Counted from the first letter of the stretch, positions 1 through 8,018 are shown. The stretch: 64,000 bases of DNA from Opitutales bacterium (GCA_044232865.1 JBIILC010000001.1:11652-75651), one strand, 5' to 3'. A program made the numbers and translations. The notes: generated by a model not told the origin, from the letters alone.

Positions 1-119
1 GGGAGCGCGCCGCCCTCGGACGGGACGTAAGGAGCAGGTGGTTCCTTATCGGCCGGGGCTTTTTTAGGCGCAGCGACCAGGGAGGCGGCGGCGAAAAGGA
101 GGAAGACGGAGCGGGGCAT
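1..119 (-). CDS. hypothetical secreted protein, N-terminal fragment (gene runs off the left edge)
   Basis: ATG at 119 on the minus strand. Translation MPRSVFLLFAAASLVAAPKKAPADKEPPAPYVPSEGGAL looks like a Sec signal peptide. Absent from the ORF track because the window edge truncates it. No domain recognisable. Confidence 0.3.
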   Translation of the reverse strand, partial: MPRSVFLLFAAASLVAAPKKAPADKEPPAPYVPSEGGAL

Positions 120-196
120 AACGGGGAGACTGTTTCTACATCCCGAAAGACCGCAAGTTCCAGCCTATCTTTTGAGAGTCCCCCCGCCCTGTCGCT

Positions 197-1099
197 TCAA
201 GCCCACCACTCCTTAAGCGTAGCGAAGTCCTTGCGGGTGGCATCCATGGCGGCCTTCAGCCCCCCCAGGTCGGTGACCTTGCCCTTCAGGTATTCGACAT
301 GGAGGCAGACCGGGCCCGTATAGCCCAATTTGCGCAGCTGCACCACGGAGTCCTTGCTGACCCTGCCTTCGGCGAGCGGGCAACCTTCGGCCAGCCTCCC
401 CTGCCAATTGAAATTCTTGAAATAGACCATCGAGATGTGGTCACGAGCTAAGGCCAGTTCGTTCGGCCAAGACAGGCCACCTTCGACCGTCGCATGGAAG
501 AAGTCGAAGTTCCAGGACAGTTCATCGGCCCGGTAGTCCTTCATCAGCATCGCCATATCCCAGATGCCAGCGCCGACATACTTCGGTCCCGAGTGGTTCT
601 GATAGCCTGGCAAGACGCGAACCTCACGACTGAAGGCGACCAGGTCGCGCAGCTGCGGCTTGATAGCGCCGAGCTGATCCCAGTGCGATTTACCAGCCAC
701 ATAGCCATACCACTTCATGCGATAGCTCGGGATGCCGAGCGCGCCCGCGGTGCGCAGAACTTTCTCCGTCCGGTCGTCCGCATTGACCGCGTTGATGTCG
801 GTCGTCATCAGCGTGATCTTCACGCCGCACTTCTGGAACGCTTCGACGAGTTTAGGCAGATCTTCCTCGACGCGCGCCGGCTCGACATGCCCACCTTTAC
901 GCACTGGCGCCTCGACGCCTTTGAAGCCGAGCGCAGCGACGGTCTCGGCGAGCTGGTCGTAAGGAAGGCCGACGAGGTGCTTCGTGAAGAGGCTGAATTC
1001 AGGGGCTTTGGACGAGGGTGCAGCGGCGAGCACCGGTCGGAGCATTGTTCCCGCCATCAACGAACCGGAGAGACCCAGCATCGCGCGGCGGGAGAGCAT
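197..1099 (-). CDS. sugar phosphate isomerase/epimerase (xylose-isomerase-like TIM barrel), Tat signal
   Basis: ORF 197..1150. Twin-arginine motif SRRAMLGLSG is followed by TIM-barrel-type sequence. Start trimmed to ATG 1099, which lies 4 nt after the TAA stop (1104-1106) of the upstream gene. Confidence 0.7.
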   Translation of the reverse strand: MLSRRAMLGLSGSLMAGTMLRPVLAAAPSSKAPEFSLFTKHLVGLPYDQLAETVAALGFKGVEAPVRKGGHVEPARVEEDLPKLVEAFQKCGVKITLMTTDINAVNADDRTEKVLRTAGALGIPSYRMKWYGYVAGKSHWDQLGAIKPQLRDLVAFSREVRVLPGYQNHSGPKYVGAGIWDMAMLMKDYRADELSWNFDFFHATVEGGLSWPNELALARDHISMVYFKNFNWQGRLAEGCPLAEGRVSKDSVVQLRKLGYTGPVCLHVEYLKGKVTDLGGLKAAMDATRKDFATLKEWWA

Positions 1100-1103
1100 C
1101 GGC

Positions 1104-2441
1104 TTACTTCTTGACGATACGTTTGACCTGACCGGCAAGCGAAGCGACAAGGACGTCGCCGTTGCTCGGATCGTGGCCGAAGCCGGAGACAGCCGAGTCG
1201 CGGGCTACTTCGCTAGACTCCCACTTGCCGCCGCGGTCATGCAGGGAGAAGATGCGGCCTGAGGCGAAGTCAGCGAAGACATAAGCGCCGGCGATGGCGG
1301 GGACGCGCTCGCCACGGCAGACGACGCCGCCAGTCACGGACCCTCCGAGCTGGCGGCCGTATTCGTGAATCGGGCGCTGGTATCCGGAAGCGTTGGCCTT
1401 ACCGGGCATGCCCTTTTTACCAAGGGGATCCTTCTGGTTGAAGTCGTGGAAACCCTCGGCGTCGTGCCAGCCGTAGTCGCCACCGGAGACCAGGATGTCG
1501 ATCTCCTCATAGAGGTTCTGACCGACGTCCCCGGCGAAGCAGGCCCCCGTCTTGGGGTCGAAGGAGAAGCGCCAAGCGTTACGGAGACCAGTGGCCCAGG
1601 TTTCCGTCCGGACGGAGCGGGGGTCGAGGGAGCGCCCGCGGTGGGAGGTAGCCTTAAGGAAGGGGTTGTCGGCCGGGATGGAGTAGAAGGCTACCCCCTT
1701 GGAGTCGGTAATGACCGAGGGATGGGGGTTGGGGGCGGGGTTGCCTGCCTTCTTGTCCACATCGATCCGGAAGACCGCGGCGTGGAAGTCCTTGTTGATA
1801 AAGCCTCCGGTGTCGAAAGGGTCGCCACCACCGCCACCGTCGCCGCAGCTAATGTAGAGGTAACCATCAGGTCCGAAGTGGAGGTCGCCGCCGTTGTGAT
1901 TGCCCGCCGGGTCGAGCTGAGAAATGAGAGCCTGTTCGGATTGGGGGTCGACCGTGAAGGGTTGCACGCTCGAAAGCAGGAACCGGGAGATACGCTGGTG
2001 AAGCTTGCCATCAATCCTAAGACTGTAATAGACAAAGACTTGCTTGTTTTCGGCATACTTCGGGTGAACGGCAAAACCAAGGAAGCCGCTCTCCCCTTGG
2101 GCATCAAACTTTCCGTCCTTAGGGCTCAACTGGAAGACCTCGCGCTTGACGGGATTGGAGGTGGAGAGCCCGCTGATCATCTGAACCTTCCCGCCGAGAA
2201 AATCGCCACCCTTCTTCTTCTTATCGGTGGACTTGGTGTCGGCGGCGGAAGGAGCAGGGTCGCCTTTCTCGATGATGAAGACCACATCCTTACTGCTGGG
2301 CAGAGGGGAGATCGCGACCGGGAGGCTGAACTTCATCCCTGGGAAGGCAGGCTCCAGGGCGACGATGGCGTCATCGGCGAAGGCTGAGGCTATGCCGAGA
2401 AAGGCGGTCAGGGCGAGGGCGGCGGACGGACGGAGTCTCAT
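1104..2441 (-). CDS. PQQ-dependent sugar dehydrogenase (soluble glucose/sorbosone dehydrogenase family)
   Basis: Motifs NHNGGDLHFGPDGYLYISCGDGG and GGDYGWHDAEG are typical of the SGDH beta-propeller family. Signal peptide MRLRPSAALALTAFLGIASAFA begins at ATG 2441; the track ORF starts at 2489. Confidence 0.7.
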   Translation of the reverse strand: MRLRPSAALALTAFLGIASAFADDAIVALEPAFPGMKFSLPVAISPLPSSKDVVFIIEKGDPAPSAADTKSTDKKKKGGDFLGGKVQMISGLSTSNPVKREVFQLSPKDGKFDAQGESGFLGFAVHPKYAENKQVFVYYSLRIDGKLHQRISRFLLSSVQPFTVDPQSEQALISQLDPAGNHNGGDLHFGPDGYLYISCGDGGGGGDPFDTGGFINKDFHAAVFRIDVDKKAGNPAPNPHPSVITDSKGVAFYSIPADNPFLKATSHRGRSLDPRSVRTETWATGLRNAWRFSFDPKTGACFAGDVGQNLYEEIDILVSGGDYGWHDAEGFHDFNQKDPLGKKGMPGKANASGYQRPIHEYGRQLGGSVTGGVVCRGERVPAIAGAYVFADFASGRIFSLHDRGGKWESSEVARDSAVSGFGHDPSNGDVLVASLAGQVKRIVKK

Positions 2442-2614
2442 GGTGTGGGGGAGTTCAGGACACCTAAATTGAAAGGCGGACGCATGCAAAAGATTTTTTG
2501 CGGGAGACAGGGGTCTGAAGAAACCTGCACCCTGCCCTTATTTTTCGCTGGTTTTCAGCGTACGCTTCGATACTTAATACACCCGCATCACTGCACAACC
2601 AACCCATAACCAAC

Positions 2615-2902
2615 ATGTCCAAAGCCCTCACCAAGTCCCAAATCGCCAGCGCCATCGCCGAAAAAGCTGAAATCAGCAAGAAGCAGGCCGTCGCGATCCT
2701 CGAGATCATCGCTGGCCTCGCCTACAAGAACGCGAAGAACTCCTTCACGCTCCCGGGCCTCGGCAAGCTCGTCCTCGTGCACCGCAAGGCTCGCCTCGGT
2801 CGCAACCCTGCCACCGGCGAAACCATCCAGATCAAGGCTAAGAAGGTCGTGAAGTTCCGCGTGGCTAAGGCCGCCAAGGACGCGATCCTCGGCGCCAAGT
2901 AA
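2615..2902 (+). CDS. hup: HU family DNA-binding protein
   Basis: 95 aa. MSKALTKSQIASAIAEKAEISKKQA...GRNPATGETIQIKAKKVVKFRVAKAAKDA is a classic HU/IHF fold signature. Confidence 0.9.
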   Translation: MSKALTKSQIASAIAEKAEISKKQAVAILEIIAGLAYKNAKNSFTLPGLGKLVLVHRKARLGRNPATGETIQIKAKKVVKFRVAKAAKDAILGAK

Positions 2903-2922
2903 TCTCTCCCGAGATTCCCGCC

Positions 2923-2952
2923 AAAAGGCGCTCCGCAAGGAGCGCCTTTTTT
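2923..2952 (+). terminator. intrinsic terminator after the HU gene
   Basis: aaaaggcgctcc-gcaa-ggagcgcctttttt: 12-bp stem, GCAA loop, T-tract. Confidence 0.75.
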
Positions 2953-3047
2953 GTTGTCCGCGTTTTTGCATGATGCGCGGTACGCCGACAGGCACGGTTT
3001 TTCTTGCACGCGTCGACGCTCGCGGAATGAATGCATGTCCGCAATCC

Positions 3048-3131
3048 GCCCGGGTGGCGAAATGGCAGCCGCAGCGGACTCAAAATCCGCCGCCCTCTAA
3101 AGGCATGAAGGTTCGAGTCCTTTCCCGGGCA
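3048..3131 (+). tRNA. tRNA-Leu (anticodon CAA)
   Basis: Acceptor gcccggg/cccgggc, anticodon loop ct-CAA-aa, long variable arm, T-loop ggttcgagtcc. CCA is not encoded. Confidence 0.9.
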
Positions 3132-3180
3132 CTTGCGGCGACGATCGTCGGAGGCGCCAACGCTTCCGACGAAACCGCGT

Positions 3181-3444
3181 TCAGCGCACGCAGATGACAA
3201 CGCCCGCGAGCGCGGATGACAGCATCAGCGCGAAGAAGAGCACCGATGCGCAGCCGCGATTCGCCAGACGCTCCTTATACGAAAGCCCGCTGCCAGGAAT
3301 CCCAACCGTGCCATCAACGCGATCCTTGCGCACGTTGACCGTCGCGCCAGGGCGACCAGCCGATAACGAGGTGCCAGTCTTCGAGAGATTGATCCGGAAG
3401 AATTTCCCAAGCGGGATTGATTTACGGAAACGGAAGAAACCCAT
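3181..3444 (-). CDS. DUF4236-like small membrane-anchored protein
   Basis: From ATG 3444: MGFFRFRKSIPLGKFFRINLSKTGTSLSAG...GIPGSGLSYKE matches the DUF4236 pattern. C-terminal hydrophobic helix VLFFALMLSSALAGVVICV. Confidence 0.55.
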   Translation of the reverse strand: MGFFRFRKSIPLGKFFRINLSKTGTSLSAGRPGATVNVRKDRVDGTVGIPGSGLSYKERLANRGCASVLFFALMLSSALAGVVICVR

Positions 3445-3754
3445 CGACGAAACGTTAGGGGGGCACCCCGCCCGCCGCAAGCCCCGGCCGACCCGGACGG
3501 AACCGGGGGTTTCTTATGACACAATACCCGCCACCGTGGACTTGCAATTTCCAGGCCGGCCGGCCAGAGTGATGTCAGTTCATTATCAGACGCATTACGA
3601 GCAGGACGGGCGAAAGCCGAACCTGCACCAACCGAGCCCAACAGGGCCGCGGTGGTTATCGGAGCCGAAAGGCGCCGAGATGAGAGCCGAAAGGCTAAAA
3701 CTCCAATCCCTCGTGGATTGATCGTGATGCGCGCTTCTTTCACCGCCGCCCACC

Positions 3755-3988
3755 ATGATCAACACCAACGATACCACCGCCCGCCCGCCCGCCTCCAAGC
3801 TGTCCATCCGTGTTAGCGAGGATAACCGCCGCCACCACCTCTGGAACAACAACGGGACCTGGTGGCTACACTACACCGAGCACCTCGCGGACTTCACCAA
3901 GCGCCGCGTCCGCCGCTCGCTCCGCACGCACGACCTCGAGCTGGCCATCAGTCGCCGCGACGAATGGCTGCAGACGGCGGCAGCTTGA
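3755..3988 (+). CDS. 77-aa protein resembling the N-terminal arm-type DNA-binding module of tyrosine integrases
   Basis: NNGTWWLHYTEH...KRRVRRSLRTHDLELAISRRDEWL resembles the G-x-WW...KR-x-RRSLGT-x-D-x-x-A motif at integrase N-termini. No catalytic domain follows. Third-codon positions are GC-rich like neighbouring host genes. Lies 620 bp from tRNA-Leu. Confidence 0.35.
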   Translation: MINTNDTTARPPASKLSIRVSEDNRRHHLWNNNGTWWLHYTEHLADFTKRRVRRSLRTHDLELAISRRDEWLQTAAA

Positions 3989-4888
3989 TCAGAAGCGGGC
4001 GCCGACGCGCGCGGCCAGGCCCCACTGGGCGCCAGGCTGAAATGCTCCCTGCGTCTCGCCATCGTGCTTGAAGCTGTGCCGCGCGTAGGCGACCCATTCG
4101 GCGGAGCCGCGCACGAACCAAGTGCCGGACTTTTCCAGGAACTGCGTCACGCCAATGCGAATCGGGACTTCGCCGATGGCGACCGCCCGCGAACCGTAGC
4201 TACCATCGGTGAGCGCAAAGCTCAGCGTTTCGTAGGCGACCGTGAGGTCGACCGTAGTCGCGCGGTCTTCCGTCAGGAATCCCCGGACGATGATGCCATT
4301 CTGCAGGCCGGTGGCGCGTAGCTCGACCTCGGCGTACTTACACGGACGCCAAGTCGCCTTGATATAAGGGATGGGCAGGATGGAGGACTCGAAGCGATCC
4401 TCCAACAGCACGCCGAGCGCGATGTCGGTCTCGGCATCGGGACGCCAACGGGTGGCGACGCCCAGACCCCAGCGATGTGAACTACCCAAGCTCACGCCCT
4501 CTTCGGCCGCGAACTCCAGGGCATAGATTAGCTGGACGCCGTATTTCTGATTCCAATCCCACTGACGGAAACCTGTGACCATGACGTCAGTCGTATTACC
4601 ATAAGAACGATCGGACCCGGCAATCGCGCCGCTGAAACGGTGGGTGTACTGATACCACTCGAGATCGATTGCACGGTCGGGCGTCTGATAAATCAACTCG
4701 GCACCCGTTCGAGAACGACCGAACTCTCCGGTGACGCCACCGGAATGGCTCACGGCATCAGAACCTCGATATTGGTAATCCGCGGCGACCACCCAGCTCT
4801 TGGCCGGAGATGGTTCCGCTGCCGATAGTTGTGCGGAAAGTAATGCACAAAATAAGACACTATGCTCAACTTTAAGCAGGCATTTCAT
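3989..4888 (-). CDS. outer-membrane beta-barrel (porin-like) protein
   Basis: Signal peptide MKCLLKVEHSVLFCALLSAQLSAAEP. Alternating beta-strand pattern rich in Y/W/G. C-terminal ...ARVGARF ends in Phe, which is typical of OMPs. Confidence 0.55.
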   Translation of the reverse strand: MKCLLKVEHSVLFCALLSAQLSAAEPSPAKSWVVAADYQYRGSDAVSHSGGVTGEFGRSRTGAELIYQTPDRAIDLEWYQYTHRFSGAIAGSDRSYGNTTDVMVTGFRQWDWNQKYGVQLIYALEFAAEEGVSLGSSHRWGLGVATRWRPDAETDIALGVLLEDRFESSILPIPYIKATWRPCKYAEVELRATGLQNGIIVRGFLTEDRATTVDLTVAYETLSFALTDGSYGSRAVAIGEVPIRIGVTQFLEKSGTWFVRGSAEWVAYARHSFKHDGETQGAFQPGAQWGLAARVGARF

Positions 4889-4953
4889 GGTTAAAAATTA
4901 AATTACACCGAAATCCTCTGATGGCAAGCGAGTTGCCCGCCGTGATGATTATG

Positions 4954-4969
4954 TGGCACGCATTTTGCT
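4954..4969 (+). promoter_or_regulatory. sigma-54 (-24/-12) promoter match upstream of amt copy 1
   Basis: TGGCAC-gcatt-TTGCT fits the consensus TGGCAC-N5-TTGCW. The C of the -12 GC lies 16 nt before ATG 4984. Confidence 0.55.
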
Positions 4970-4983
4970 TATTAAAAAGCATT

Positions 4984-6264
4984 ATGCTTATTTCTGCCAC
5001 CCCTGTCCCTTCCACCGGTGACAATGTCTGGGTTCTCGTGAGCACGGCGCTCGTCCTCATGATGTGTATCCCAGGCCTCTTCCTCTTCTACGGAGGCTTG
5101 GTCCGCAGCAAGAACGTGCTCTCGATCGCCGCCCAATGTCTGGCCCTGACCGCGATGGGGGTCCTGATGTGGTGGGGCTTCGGCTACAGCCTCGTCTTCG
5201 GCAAGAGCTACGCGGGCAGCCTCGTCGGACACATCTTCGGAGGCGGCGAGCATTTCGGTTTCGCCGGCCTCGGTTTCACGCCTGACGCAGCCTACGCACC
5301 GGGCATCTCCTCCGCCACGTTCGCCCTCTTCCAAGCCATGTTCGCGGCCATCACACCGGCCCTCATCATCGGCGCCGTCGCCGAGCGCATGAAGTTCTCC
5401 GCGGTCATGCTCTTCTCCTTCCTTTGGACGATTCTCGTCTATTACCCCATCGCGCACGCCGTCTGGGGCGCCACCGGACACTTCTCGGGCATCGCCAACG
5501 CCGACGCCGCATTTAAGGCGGCGGACTTCGCCGGCGGCATCGTCGTCCATATGACTTCGGGTTGGTCCGCCCTACTCCTCTGCATCCTCGTCGGCCCGCG
5601 CACCGGTTTCGGTAAACGCCCGATGACCCCGCACAGCATGGTGCTTTGCGTCATTGGTACGGGCCTACTCTGGGCCGGCTGGTATGGCTTCAACGCGGGT
5701 TCGGCCCTAGCGGCTGACGGCATCGCCCTCCAAGCCTTCACGACGACGACGCTCGGCGCCGCTACCGCCACCCTCGCTTGGGCGGTTGTCGAAAAATTAC
5801 ATCGTGGTAAGATCTCCGTGCTTGGGCTCTGCTCCGGCGCCATCGCCGGCCTCGCCACCGTAACCAACGCGGCCGGCTTCGTCTCTGGCAGCTCCGCGGT
5901 GGTCATCGGCCTGCTCGCCGGAACAATTTCTTACTGGGCCTGCTCGGTGCTCAAGCCGAAGTTCGGCTACGATGATGCGCTGGATACCTTCGGTGTGCAC
6001 GGCGTTGGCGGCACCATCGGTGCGCTGGCGACCGCTCTCCTCATGAACGCGCAGATCAATCCGACTGGCGGCGCGCTAGTTTCGAAAGGTCTGCTCAAAG
6101 GACAGCTCACCGCCATGCTGCTTTGCATCGTGGTTTCGCTCGTCATGACCTGGATCATCGCAAAGATTGTCGCGGCGACCATTGGCCTGCGTGCGACGGA
6201 GGAAGGTGAGGCGCAGGGCCTCGATATCTCGGACCACGGCGAAGAAGGCTATAACCATAATTAA
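4984..6264 (+). CDS. amt: ammonium transporter (Amt family), copy 1
   Basis: GDNVWVLVSTALVLMMCIPGLFLFYGGLVRSKN, DFAGGIVVHMTSGWSAL and WYGFNAGSA are Amt hallmarks. Start moved from the track ATG 4921 to ATG 4984 because the sigma-54 match sits inside the longer ORF. Confidence 0.9.
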   Translation: MLISATPVPSTGDNVWVLVSTALVLMMCIPGLFLFYGGLVRSKNVLSIAAQCLALTAMGVLMWWGFGYSLVFGKSYAGSLVGHIFGGGEHFGFAGLGFTPDAAYAPGISSATFALFQAMFAAITPALIIGAVAERMKFSAVMLFSFLWTILVYYPIAHAVWGATGHFSGIANADAAFKAADFAGGIVVHMTSGWSALLLCILVGPRTGFGKRPMTPHSMVLCVIGTGLLWAGWYGFNAGSALAADGIALQAFTTTTLGAATATLAWAVVEKLHRGKISVLGLCSGAIAGLATVTNAAGFVSGSSAVVIGLLAGTISYWACSVLKPKFGYDDALDTFGVHGVGGTIGALATALLMNAQINPTGGALVSKGLLKGQLTAMLLCIVVSLVMTWIIAKIVAATIGLRATEEGEAQGLDISDHGEEGYNHN

Positions 6265-6374
6265 GCCCGTTTTCGAGGCCAGCGCCCGCTCGACTGCTTT
6301 TTTTCAAGCAGGACTGCGGGCGACTTAAGTTGTTTTTTAAACACATTCCAGTCATCGACTCGAATGGCGGCGAT

Positions 6375-6390
6375 TGGCACGGGGGTTGCG
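6375..6390 (+). promoter_or_regulatory. sigma-54 (-24/-12) promoter match upstream of amt copy 2
   Basis: TGGCAC-ggggg-TTGCG. The C of the -12 GC lies 16 nt before ATG 6405, the same spacing as for copy 1. Confidence 0.55.
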
Positions 6391-6404
6391 AAAGGGCATT
6401 CGCC

Positions 6405-7910
6405 ATGAACTCCCTGCTACGAACTCTCACCATCCTCGCTCTGGCGGCAGTGCCTTACCTGTCGTCCGCGCAGAACGCACCCGCCCCAGCGGCTGAACCC
6501 GCCAAAGCCGAAGCGGCGAAAGCGGCACCCGCTGCTCCCGCGCTTGACCAGCGCGTGGCCGACCTTGAAGCCTACGTCAATAACACCGGCCCCAAGGCTG
6601 GCGACGACAAGGTCGCGGCCGGTCCCATCGCCGCTTCCGCCGGCCCTGGTCACAACGCCTTCATCATGATCTGCGCCGCCCTGGTGCTCTTCATGACGTT
6701 GCCTGGCCTCTTCCTCTTCTACGGTGGCTTGGTCCGCTCGAAGAATATCCTCTCCGTCGCCGCCCAGTGCTTCGGCTTGGCGGGGATGGTCGCGATTCTC
6801 TGGTGGGCCGTGGGTTACTCCCTGGTCTTCGGTAAGAGCTTCGACGGCACCTTCCTCGGCAAGATTTTCGGTGGCAGTGAATTCTTCTTCCTGAACGGCG
6901 TCGGCGCCGCCCCGAACGGAGACTACGCCTACTGGATCTCGCAGAACGTCTTCTCGATGTTCCAGATGATGTTCGCGATCATCACCCCGGCCCTCATAGT
7001 CGGCGCCATCGCCGAACGCATGAAGTTCTCCGCGGTCCTGCTCTTCATGTTCGGCTGGATGTTCCTCGTCTACTTCCCGATGGCCCACCACATCTGGGGC
7101 ATCACCGGTGAAATGAACGGCGTCTGGAACGCCAAGGCTTCGATCAAGGCGATCGACTTCGCAGGCGGCACCGTAGTTCACATGACCTCTGGTTGGTCCG
7201 CGCTCCTGCTCTGCATCATCCTCGGACCCCGCATCGGTTTCGGCAAGAAGGCCATGACGCCCCATAGCATGGTGCTCTGTGCCGTCGGTACCGGTATGCT
7301 CTGGGTCGGCTGGTACGGTTTCAACGCTGGCTCGGCCCTCTCCGCGGACGGCGTCGGTGCCCAGGCCTTCATGACCACCACGCTCGCCGCCGGGGTTGCC
7401 GCCTTCACCTGGGGCGCCCTCGAATGGATCCTCCGCAAGCACGCCAGCATCCTCGGTCTCTGCTCGGGCGCCGTCGCTGGTCTCGTCGTGATCACCCCGG
7501 CTGCGGGCTTCGTCACCGCCAGCTCCGCGGTCCTGATCGGTGTCCTCGCCGGGGTGGTGCCCTTCGTGGCCGTGGTCTACATGAAGTCCAAGCTCGGCTA
7601 TGACGACGCCCTCGACACCTTCGGCGTCCACGCCGTCGGCGGTACCCTCGGCGCCATCCTGACCGGCATCTACGCCACGGCCGACGTCAACGGCAACTTG
7701 AACACCAACCTCAAGGACATCGTCGGCAAGACCCTCCTGACCGAACAGTTCAAGGCAATCGGCATCACCCTGGTCATCTCCCTGGTCGCCACTGCGATCC
7801 TCGCCTACCTAATCAAGGCAGTGATTGGCCTCCGCCCGACCGAAGAAGAAGAGGCCCGCGGCCTCGATATCTCGGACCACGGCGAAGAAGGTTACAGCCA
7901 CAACTCCTAA
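6405..7910 (+). CDS. amt: ammonium transporter (Amt family), copy 2, with signal peptide and Ala/Pro-rich N-terminal extension
   Basis: MNSLLRTLTILALAAVPYLSSAQ signal, about 60-aa Ala/Pro-rich linker, then an Amt core collinear with copy 1. Both copies end GLDISDHGEEGY-x-HN. Confidence 0.9.
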   Translation: MNSLLRTLTILALAAVPYLSSAQNAPAPAAEPAKAEAAKAAPAAPALDQRVADLEAYVNNTGPKAGDDKVAAGPIAASAGPGHNAFIMICAALVLFMTLPGLFLFYGGLVRSKNILSVAAQCFGLAGMVAILWWAVGYSLVFGKSFDGTFLGKIFGGSEFFFLNGVGAAPNGDYAYWISQNVFSMFQMMFAIITPALIVGAIAERMKFSAVLLFMFGWMFLVYFPMAHHIWGITGEMNGVWNAKASIKAIDFAGGTVVHMTSGWSALLLCIILGPRIGFGKKAMTPHSMVLCAVGTGMLWVGWYGFNAGSALSADGVGAQAFMTTTLAAGVAAFTWGALEWILRKHASILGLCSGAVAGLVVITPAAGFVTASSAVLIGVLAGVVPFVAVVYMKSKLGYDDALDTFGVHAVGGTLGAILTGIYATADVNGNLNTNLKDIVGKTLLTEQFKAIGITLVISLVATAILAYLIKAVIGLRPTEEEEARGLDISDHGEEGYSHNS

Positions 7911-7934
7911 GCCCCCTCAGAGGGAGCCGGCTCG

Positions 7935-7968
7935 CAGGCCGTCCGATATCGGACGGCCTGTTTCTTTT
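7935..7968 (+). terminator. intrinsic terminator after amt copy 2
   Basis: aggccgtccg-atat-cggacggcct followed by gtttcttttt. Confidence 0.75.
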
Positions 7969-8018
7969 TAGGGGTAATCTGACAGTCGCGTTTTCACTAT
8001 ATTATTGCCCTTTCCGAG

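Noticed and set aside
3048-4900. Genomic island with att sites at tRNA-Leu(CAA), and similarly at tRNA-Arg(CCT) 39994..42600
   Set aside because: I found no direct repeat of either tRNA 3' end downstream and no full-length integrase, transposase or phage gene. Most flanking genes have host-like GC-rich codon usage. Only a possible relic is reported.
6265-6374. NtrC enhancer sites or a clean terminator between the two amt genes
   Set aside because: An imperfect long palindrome, cgcccgc...ctgc-tttttttcaa-gcag...gcgggcg, is present. It matches neither the TGCACC-N5-GGTGCA NtrC consensus nor a canonical stem plus U-tract terminator. I leave it unassigned.
6417-7631. Long ORFs antisense to, or out of frame with, clear genes. 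Examples:
- 6417..7631 opposite amt
- 10866..11984 opposite the AsmA-like gene
- 23997..25043
- 36931..37800
- 48544..49563
- 50618..51685
- 51700..53325 opposite xylB
- 53228..54625 opposite xylA
- 60230..61723 opposite DUF1501
   Set aside because: High-GC genomes produce long stop-free antisense frames. Their translations are Arg/Gly/Ala/Pro-rich low-complexity sequence with no recognisable motifs. The opposite strand carries unmistakable family signatures.
4921-7910. A missing or degraded glnK (PII) gene beside the amt genes
   Set aside because: I checked all six frames of 4889-4983, 6265-6404 and 7911-8018. None contains a PII-like sequence, for example the T-loop GDGKIF motif. The absence appears genuine rather than the result of a pseudogene.
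7969-8018. Sigma-70 promoter for the MerR-like gene (ctgaca ... tattat)
   Set aside because: A TTGACA-like hexamer and an AT-rich -10 candidate exist. The spacer is only about 15 nt, and promoter consensus for this phylum is uncertain, so this is too weak to list as a feature.
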